Assembly (NCBI GenBank): GCA_964579435.1
Contig: CAZOGI010000010.1
Span: 23,583 to 87,582, forward strand
Length of the DNA stretch: 64,000 bases
Direction of reading: 5' to 3'
Origin: an uncultured Planctomycetales bacterium
Lineage (GTDB): Bacteria; Omnitrophota; Gorgyraeia; Gygaellales; Profunditerraquicolaceae
A program made the translations under genes and the position numbers. The stretch's first letter is position 1. Each line of letters begins with the position of its first letter. Under the pieces are notes generated by a model. It saw only the letters and a program-made list of their open reading frames with translations. It was not told where the DNA came from and made no database searches. Shown here in pieces: positions 57,925 to 64,000 of the stretch.

Positions 57925-58745
57925 CAACCCGTCTTTTTTGCATCGAAATAGCCGATTATCCCTTCGGCATAGAAGCGCCCGAACCCCTCTGGGGCGCATT
58001 TCAGGAAACCTATCTGCCGTTCCTGAGCGCCCGGGAGCCGCGCTACCGCATCCGCGCCGAGATCGACCCCACCGCGCAACCCGTTGACCTCTGGGAGGGG
58101 ATGACCCTGGATAAGACGACGCTCTCGATCAGCGATGACACCTCGAGTGCGCGTTTCGATTTCAAGACAAAAGAAGGGACGATCCGCCTGAACCCCGCCA
58201 GACTCCTGGTGCCGTTGGGCGCCTTCCTGCGCAATATCGTCACTGTGCTCTTGAGCCTCCAGGATGACGGCCTCCTGATGCATGCCTGCGGGGTCCTGTA
58301 CGAAGAGGAAGCATTCCTCTTCACCGGGCGTTCCGGCGCCGGAAAAACGACGGTATCGCGCGCGCTCGCCCATTTGCCGACGATCTCCGACGATCTTTTG
58401 CTGGTCAAGCCCACCCCCGGAGGATTCGGCGTCTGGCCGCACCCGCGCTGGGGAGACCGCCAGAGCGGATCATTCCAAAACCGGCCGCACCGGATCAGCA
58501 GTATTTACCTCTTGTGCCAGGATACCGGGGTTTTCGTGAAAAGGCTCGGCCCGGCCCGGGCCACCGCGCACCTCTTGACCGTTCCGCACGTCCCCGTCAA
58601 CCGCATCCCCGCCGCGCGCATCCTGGAAAGCACCCAACGCCTGGCGGAGACGGTCCCGGTGTACGAACTGCACTTCCGGCCCGACCCGTCGTTCTGGGAA
58701 AAGATACTGCAGGAGAGAGAAAGGATTGTCGCTGCATGGAAATGA
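57921..58745 (+). CDS. HPr-kinase-related P-loop protein (HprK C-terminal-domain-like)
   Basis: FTGRSGAGKTTVSRAL P-loop in an HprK-like context. ATG 57921 overlaps the giant gene stop at 57922-57924. Confidence 0.6.
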   Translation: MTTRLFCIEIADYPFGIEAPEPLWGAFQETYLPFLSAREPRYRIRAEIDPTAQPVDLWEGMTLDKTTLSISDDTSSARFDFKTKEGTIRLNPARLLVPLGAFLRNIVTVLLSLQDDGLLMHACGVLYEEEAFLFTGRSGAGKTTVSRALAHLPTISDDLLLVKPTPGGFGVWPHPRWGDRQSGSFQNRPHRISSIYLLCQDTGVFVKRLGPARATAHLLTVPHVPVNRIPAARILESTQRLAETVPVYELHFRPDPSFWEKILQERERIVAAWK

Positions 58746-59017
58746 AATCAGCAATCCCGTTCAAGAACGAGAAGACCGCTTCCCGCATCATCCAGGACCA
58801 GGCCGTGATCGTCATCCTGGAAAACCAGGAGACGGTGGTCCTCAACGAGAGCGCCTCGCGCATCTGGGAACTAAGCGACGGGAAACGCACGCTCGGGGAA
58901 ATCGCCCGCATACTGGAAGAGGAATTTTCGGTATCCGCGCAAACCGCCCTGCAGGACGCCGCCGCCTTCCTGGGCGAAGCGGAAGGCAAGGGGATCTTTT
59001 CACTCAACCGCCCATGA
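58736..59017 (+). CDS. PqqD-family protein (RiPP recognition element-like peptide chaperone)
   Basis: 93 aa. QAVIVILENQETVVLNESASRIWELSDGKRTLGEIARIL is a typical PqqD/RRE fold signature. Confidence 0.7.
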   Translation: MEMKSAIPFKNEKTASRIIQDQAVIVILENQETVVLNESASRIWELSDGKRTLGEIARILEEEFSVSAQTALQDAAAFLGEAEGKGIFSLNRP

Positions 59018-60036
59018 CCCCGACCGGCTTCACCGATATCTTTGCGCACAGCATGCGGCAGAACCTCTGCCTGATCGCGCACCTGGAGCTCACCCACGCC
59101 TGCAACCTGCGCTGCCGGCACTGTTACTGCGTCCCCGACGCGGACCGGCCGGAGTGCTCGTTCGGGGAAATCCGCTCGGTCCTGCGGCAGCTCAAAGAAG
59201 CGGGAACGCTCTTTTTGTGCCTCAGCGGAGGCGAACTGCTCTGCAGAGCGGACATCTTCGAGATACTCTCCTGCGCGCGCGCCGAAGGGTTCGCCCTGCG
59301 CCTGATGACCAACGGCACGCTCATCGACGAAACGGCAGCCGCGCGCATCGCAGCCGCAGCCGCGGTTACGGTCGACATGAGCATCTACGCGGCAAATCCC
59401 CGGCTGCACGACGCGGTGACGGGAAAACCCGGATCGTTGCACCTGACCCTGCAGGCAGCAGCGCTCCTGAGGGAACGGGGGATACGCGTCGTGTTCAAGT
59501 TCATCGTCATGAAAGACACCGTCGGGGAATTCAAAAACATCCGCGCGCTCTGCCAAGAGAGAGGGATCGATTTCATCTACGACGTCTGCCTGGTCGAGCG
59601 CACCGACGGCGACGCCCGGCCGCTGCAGTACCGCCTGGACAAAGAAGGAATCAAATCGTTCCTGCGCCGGAACGCGCTGTCTCCCGCGGCATCGCCCGAC
59701 GGGTCGGTTTTGTGCACCGCCGGACTCAACAACATCTTCATCTCTCCGCAGCTGGACGTCTATCCCTGCATCGGCATCCGTGAAAAGATCGGCTCCCTGC
59801 GCCAAGGTTCCCTGAAGGACATCTGGGAATCCGCGCCGCTGCTGCGGAGGCTGCGCACCCTCACCGATGCCGAACTGAACGCCTGCTCTTCCTGCGCGAA
59901 GCGCGCCTACTGCTTCCGCTGCGCCGGCCTGGCGCTGGAAGCGTCAAACGACCTCTGCGCCCGCTCGCCGTTCGACTGCGAAGTTGCCCAGGCGCTCGCG
60001 GAAACCGCACAAAGAGAAAAGGAGACCGTCCTATGA
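59014..60036 (+). CDS. Radical SAM / SPASM domain peptide-maturase-like protein
   Basis: CNLRCRHCY CxxxCxxC. C-terminal SPASM cysteines (VLCTAG...VYPC...CSSCAKRAYCFRCAG). ATGA overlap with the PqqD stop. Confidence 0.8.
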   Translation: MTPTGFTDIFAHSMRQNLCLIAHLELTHACNLRCRHCYCVPDADRPECSFGEIRSVLRQLKEAGTLFLCLSGGELLCRADIFEILSCARAEGFALRLMTNGTLIDETAAARIAAAAAVTVDMSIYAANPRLHDAVTGKPGSLHLTLQAAALLRERGIRVVFKFIVMKDTVGEFKNIRALCQERGIDFIYDVCLVERTDGDARPLQYRLDKEGIKSFLRRNALSPAASPDGSVLCTAGLNNIFISPQLDVYPCIGIREKIGSLRQGSLKDIWESAPLLRRLRTLTDAELNACSSCAKRAYCFRCAGLALEASNDLCARSPFDCEVAQALAETAQREKETVL

Positions 60037-60194
60037 ACAAGAAAAATCAACCCGCCGCGAAACGACCGTACACCAAACCCGCTATCGCCTTCAGCAAAAA
60101 GATCGAGATCATCTCCGCGGTATGCGATTCCGGCTTCGGCGGACTGAGCAACTGCCGCAAATCATCGACGCCCTGCCTGCGTTCCCGGGCCTAA
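60033..60194 (+). CDS. Unannotated 53-aa Cys-containing small peptide, candidate precursor/substrate peptide
   Basis: ATG 60033 overlaps the rSAM stop (ATGA). AAAGGAGA Shine-Dalgarno sits 10 nt upstream. Product MNKKNQPAAKRPYTKPAIAFSKKIEIISAVCDSGFGGLSNCRKSSTPCLRSRA has a basic N-terminus and a C-terminal core with Cys residues. It is below the 60-aa ORF track cutoff. Confidence 0.35.
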   Translation: MNKKNQPAAKRPYTKPAIAFSKKIEIISAVCDSGFGGLSNCRKSSTPCLRSRA

Positions 60195-60207
60195 GCTCAG
60201 GCGTACC

Positions 60208-61824
60208 GTGGACCGTTCAGACCCCGAGACCGTCTCGCTCTCGCTGGTACGCGACAGCCTCAATGTCCGCGGCGGGACGATCACCCTCACGATCGCCGGA
60301 TCCTGCATGTCGCCGCTGATCCGGGCAGGAGACCGCGTCACCATACGATCGGTTTCTTTCGCTGAACTCACTCCCGGCGACATAATCGCCTTCCAGGACC
60401 GCAACCTGCTCTACGCGCACCGCCTGACCGGCAAAGATCCCCGCACGCAGAATCTGCACACCCAGGCGGACCGGTCATGGCAGACGGACATCGCGTTCTC
60501 CTTTTCCCAGGTGTTGGGAAAAGTGACCGCCGTCTCGAAACAGGGCAGGACCCTGCATCTTGACCGCTTCCCCGGCCGGCAGATCAACCGTGCCTATGGC
60601 GCCTGCCGCCGCCTGCTTCAGGCGATCACGCTCCCCGCGCGAGCGGCGCATGAGGCCCTGCGCCGGAGGCAGGGGACAGAGGAGCGGCAAGCACTCTTTG
60701 CGGTTGTCTCTGTCGCCAGCCGCGGCTTTCTGGAGACCCCGTTCCCGCTGCCGGAGCGCATCGATGAGCCCCTCTTTGGGGAACAGGCGCGCGCCCAAAC
60801 ACTGGCACCCTGGTGCTTTTGCGTACTGCGCGATCGGCAGCGCGACCACGATGTTTTTTCTCCCACTCTGCGCGAAACGCTCAGGCTCGAATATTACGAA
60901 ACCTTTTCCCTGAATGCCCAATCCCTCCCCGGGACACAGGAACTCTTCGCTCACCTGCGCGCCCAGGAGATCGGATTCCTCGTCTTCAAAGGCCTGGTGC
61001 TGGCCCAGGGCGTCTATGCGGATATCGGAGCGCGCCGCCTGGGAGACACCGATATCCTCATCAGAAGGGAGGACCTCTCCCGTCTCGACCGGGTCCTGCG
61101 CGAGAGAGGCTTTCGTTGTCCGGTTCCCCTCACGGCAGTCCCGGAGGCGCCCAACGCGTACCGCAATGCGCTGCTGTATTTGCCTCCCGACGGATCCCTG
61201 CAGAGACCGCTGCATGTGTACTGGCACTGGGTCAATCTCGCCGCGTTTTCCCGGCGCCTCCCCGGGTCGATACGGATGGAACGGATCTGGCAGGACCGCA
61301 TCAAGGTCGACATCGCCGGCATCTGCCTGGAGACGTTCTCCTGGGAACATCACCTCATCTACCTGTCCATGCACGCGCTCGCCCATTCCTATTTCCCGCT
61401 CAGCACCCTTATCGACATCGCCGGGCTGCTGACGAAACGCCGAAAAGACCTCGAGTGGAACGGCATCCTCAAAGACGCCCAGACCTTCGGCCTGGAGCGG
61501 CCGCTCTTGCTTGCCCTCACCCTGGCCCGGGAGATCTGCTCCGCCCCGGTTCCCGCCGCGGCGTTAAGCCGGCTACGGCCAACCCGCCTGAGCTTATTCG
61601 AAAGACGCTTCATCGCAGACGCGCAGCGGTTACGGCTGAAAACGGGAAAAGAGTGGCTCCTTTACCTGGGCATGAACGACACGCCGCTTGAGCGCCTCGA
61701 TTTTATCCTCCGCGCGCTTTTTCCGCCCGCGCACCTTCTTGCCCTCATCCGCCAGCAGCCGCGCGCCGCCCTCGCCGCATCGTACGGGAAACGCCTGGTC
61801 GCGGCAATGCGCAGCGCCTCCTAA
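60208..61824 (+). CDS. S24/S26 (signal-peptidase/LexA-like) peptidase domain fused to an uncharacterised nucleotidyltransferase-family domain
   Basis: N-terminus GSCMSPLIRAGDRVTI...PGDIIAF...YAHRLTGK...QVLGKVTAV parallels SPase I boxes B-E. The C-terminal 350 aa resemble NTP_transf_5-type nucleotidyltransferases (VFKGLVLAQGVYADIGARRLGDTDILIRRED). GTG start at 60208. Confidence 0.5.
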   Translation: MDRSDPETVSLSLVRDSLNVRGGTITLTIAGSCMSPLIRAGDRVTIRSVSFAELTPGDIIAFQDRNLLYAHRLTGKDPRTQNLHTQADRSWQTDIAFSFSQVLGKVTAVSKQGRTLHLDRFPGRQINRAYGACRRLLQAITLPARAAHEALRRRQGTEERQALFAVVSVASRGFLETPFPLPERIDEPLFGEQARAQTLAPWCFCVLRDRQRDHDVFSPTLRETLRLEYYETFSLNAQSLPGTQELFAHLRAQEIGFLVFKGLVLAQGVYADIGARRLGDTDILIRREDLSRLDRVLRERGFRCPVPLTAVPEAPNAYRNALLYLPPDGSLQRPLHVYWHWVNLAAFSRRLPGSIRMERIWQDRIKVDIAGICLETFSWEHHLIYLSMHALAHSYFPLSTLIDIAGLLTKRRKDLEWNGILKDAQTFGLERPLLLALTLAREICSAPVPAAALSRLRPTRLSLFERRFIADAQRLRLKTGKEWLLYLGMNDTPLERLDFILRALFPPAHLLALIRQQPRAALAASYGKRLVAAMRSAS

Positions 61825-61914
61825 CCCAACTCCTTCAGCGACTGGGAATTAAAAAAATCTTGCCCGATCGGATGAATTGTGTTAGAGTATTAAAAATATA
61901 GGTAAGAGGGGACA

Positions 61915-63846
61915 ATGCCGCAATACGATTTCAACCTTCGCGATTATTTCCGGATCTTCCGCAAACGCAAGCTCGTCATCATCCTGACCTTTCTTCTGGT
62001 TTGTGCCGTCAGCTATGCCTTTCTTTCCACCCAGCCGACCGTCTATCAGGCCGATTGCACCGTCAAGATCGAAGAGCGCAAGACCATCGCCGGGCTCCTG
62101 ACCGAATGGATCATGTACAATCCGGGCGATGTCATGGAATCCCAGACCAAGATCATCCGGGGGTTCCCGATCATGCGCCAGGTCGCCCTGCGCCTGAAGC
62201 TCATCGACCAGAACAGCTCGGAGGATCAGATAAACGAAGCGGTGAACCGGCTCCAGGACCAGGTCGAGACCGAGCGTATCGAGTCGACCAACATGATCAA
62301 GATCAAGACCTCTTCCGCATCGCCCGACGAAGCGATGAACCTGGCCAATACCGTCGCCGAGGTCTATATAGAAGAGAACCTCACCGAAAAAGCCAAACAG
62401 GCACGCCACGTGCGCCAGTTCATCCAGGACCAGCTCTCGGGGCTTGACTCCCGACTCAAGGAATCAGAAGAGAAACTCAAGGAATTCGGGACCGGTACCG
62501 ACGTCAAATTTGCCGCGCCCATCGAACAGAAACTCATCGAGCTGGAATTCCAGCGCGCGGAACTCCTGCAGAAATACACCGAAAAACACCCTCTGGTCAT
62601 CCAGATCCGCGAACAGATCAAAGAGCTCCAGCAACGGGTCAGCGATTACAGCGGCCAGGAGCTGGAGTACGCGCGGCTGACCCGGGAGATCGATGTCAAT
62701 AAGAAGCTCTACGCCATACTCAAGGAAAAGCTCGAAGAGGCGCGCATAACCGAGGCACAGAAGGTCGGCGACATCTCGATCGTCAACCCGGCCTTTTTGC
62801 CGACGACGCCGCTTTCCGGGAACAAACAACTCAAATTTCTCATCGGCGCCTTCCTCGGGCTCCTGCTGGGACTGACCTTCGCCTTCGTGACCGAAACCCT
62901 GGACACCTCCATCGCCACGATCGAGGACGTCGAATCGGTGATCAAGCTGCCGGTCCTGGGGGTCGTGCCTTCCTTCGAATCCGCGGCCCAGGAAGACCGC
63001 AGCATGCTCGACGAAATAAAAGAGCTCTTCCGGGGGAAAAAACGCACGCCGAGCGAAGAAGCCGCGATCCGGCTCATCGCGCACTATAAGCCGCAGTCGC
63101 CGATAACCGAGGCCTACCGCAACATCCATACCAACCTGAAACTGGACCAGAGCAAGAAGACGATCCTCATCACCAGTTCCAACCCGCAGGAAGGCAAGAG
63201 CAGCGTCGTCTGCAACCTGGCCATCGTCATGTCGCAGCTGGGGCTTAAAACCCTGATCATCTCCTCAGACCTGCGCCGTCCCGTGCTCTCCAAAACCTTC
63301 GGGATCCCGCGCGAACCGGGGCTCAGCGAGCTTGCCATGGGTACGGCGACCCTGGACCAGGCCCTCTACAGCATCACCGACATCCTGCTGGGGACCCTCA
63401 AGATCGAAGACATCCAAAAGACCCGCGGCATCGACAATATCTGGATCATCCCCTCGGGGAGCATGGTCACCAACCCCGTGGAGATCATCGAATCCGCCAA
63501 GCTGCAGGAGATCGTCGAGGCCGCCAAGAAACGTTTCGATTTCATCATCTTCGATTCCCCGCCGGTCCTTCCCGTCACCGACGCCAGCCTCCTGGCGCCG
63601 AAAATGGATTGCGTCATCATCGTCTACGAGATCGGCCGCACCAGCCGTGAAGCGCTCCTGCGCACCAAGATCCAGCTGGAAACCGTCGGCGCGCGTATAA
63701 CCGGGATCGTGCTCAACCATACCAAGCCCCAGACCGAAGCCCTGGCGACCTATCCCTACAATTACCGGTACAAATACCGCTACTATGACGAAGAGCACCA
63801 GAAGAAGCAGGGAGGGTTTTTCAAAAAGGCGCGCAAGAGAAGCTAA
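61915..63846 (+). CDS. Polysaccharide chain-length determinant (Wzz/GumC-like) fused to BY-kinase (Wzc/EpsG-type tyrosine autokinase)
   Basis: N-terminal TM plus coiled-coil periplasmic region. Walker A ITSSNPQEGKSSV. Walker B FIIFDSPPVL. C-terminal Tyr cluster YPYNYRYKYRYYDEE. Confidence 0.8.
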   Translation: MPQYDFNLRDYFRIFRKRKLVIILTFLLVCAVSYAFLSTQPTVYQADCTVKIEERKTIAGLLTEWIMYNPGDVMESQTKIIRGFPIMRQVALRLKLIDQNSSEDQINEAVNRLQDQVETERIESTNMIKIKTSSASPDEAMNLANTVAEVYIEENLTEKAKQARHVRQFIQDQLSGLDSRLKESEEKLKEFGTGTDVKFAAPIEQKLIELEFQRAELLQKYTEKHPLVIQIREQIKELQQRVSDYSGQELEYARLTREIDVNKKLYAILKEKLEEARITEAQKVGDISIVNPAFLPTTPLSGNKQLKFLIGAFLGLLLGLTFAFVTETLDTSIATIEDVESVIKLPVLGVVPSFESAAQEDRSMLDEIKELFRGKKRTPSEEAAIRLIAHYKPQSPITEAYRNIHTNLKLDQSKKTILITSSNPQEGKSSVVCNLAIVMSQLGLKTLIISSDLRRPVLSKTFGIPREPGLSELAMGTATLDQALYSITDILLGTLKIEDIQKTRGIDNIWIIPSGSMVTNPVEIIESAKLQEIVEAAKKRFDFIIFDSPPVLPVTDASLLAPKMDCVIIVYEIGRTSREALLRTKIQLETVGARITGIVLNHTKPQTEALATYPYNYRYKYRYYDEEHQKKQGGFFKKARKRS

Positions 63847-63852
63847 GAACGC

Positions 63853-64000
63853 ATGTCCGGCATGAACTCGTTTTGCACCCCAGGGCCACAGCGCCTTTTT
63901 TTTTCGCCCCGCGATGCTTTTGCGCAAAAGAGAGCGCAGGCAAGCCTTGCCCTCGTTTTTTCCCTCATCGCCCTCGCGCTCATCCTGCCGGTCGGCCTCC
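63853..64000 (+). CDS. Partial CDS (5' end only), hydrophobic N-terminus; unknown membrane protein
   Basis: ATG 63853 is 7 nt after the Wzc stop. MSGMNSFCTPGPQRLFFSPRDAFAQKRAQASLALVFSLIALALILPVGL then runs off the window. Confidence 0.3.
   Translation, partial: MSGMNSFCTPGPQRLFFSPRDAFAQKRAQASLALVFSLIALALILPVGL

Noticed and set aside
1-64000. Search for CRISPR arrays, tRNA/rRNA genes, transposases/integrases and prophage signatures
   Set aside because: No direct-repeat/spacer periodicity, no tRNA-like cloverleaf candidates and no recombinase motifs were recognised. The only repeats are the short heptamer arrays reported above.

Overview
This 64-kb high-GC (about 63%) bacterial window is almost entirely one large cell-surface glycan / exopolysaccharide biosynthesis locus. 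It is tightly packed, mostly on the + strand, with frequent ATGA stop/start overlaps. I found no rRNA, tRNA, CRISPR array, transposase or integrase.

Contents, in order:
- A nucleotide-sugar module (1-10.7 kb): two RfbF-like glucose-1-P cytidylyltransferases, five SDR epimerase/dehydratases, an RmlC-like cupin, two RmlD-like reductases, a SAM methyltransferase and a hexapeptide acetyltransferase.
- Many GT2 and GT4 glycosyltransferases, and several large polytopic GT-C-like membrane proteins.
- Exosortase/PEP-CTERM-type EPS hallmarks: a FemAB-like protein, a polysaccharide deacetylase, an AsnB-like amidotransferase, a Wzy/O-antigen-ligase-like protein, and a fused Wzz / BY-kinase.
- A WecA-like initiating transferase fused to a CoA-binding domain.
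- A minus-strand operon (34.7-41.8 kb) of TMTC-like GT-C+TPR proteins with a GT2/DUF2304 pair.
- Three tandem B12-binding radical SAM paralogs (41.9-46.1 kb).

The most unusual part is 49.9-61.8 kb. A 2657-aa secreted giant protein (signal peptide, 14 FG-GAP repeats, Ca-binding Asp-rich motif, C25 gingipain-like peptidase domain) ends in an ATGA overlap with an HPr-kinase-like P-loop protein. A PqqD/RRE protein, a radical SAM/SPASM maturase, an unannotated 53-aa Cys-containing peptide with a strong RBS, and an S26-signal-peptidase-like domain fused to a nucleotidyltransferase follow. This looks like a RiPP-style peptide-maturation cassette embedded in, and co-transcribed with, an EPS locus. 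All functional assignments are from motif recognition by eye; I ran no searches.
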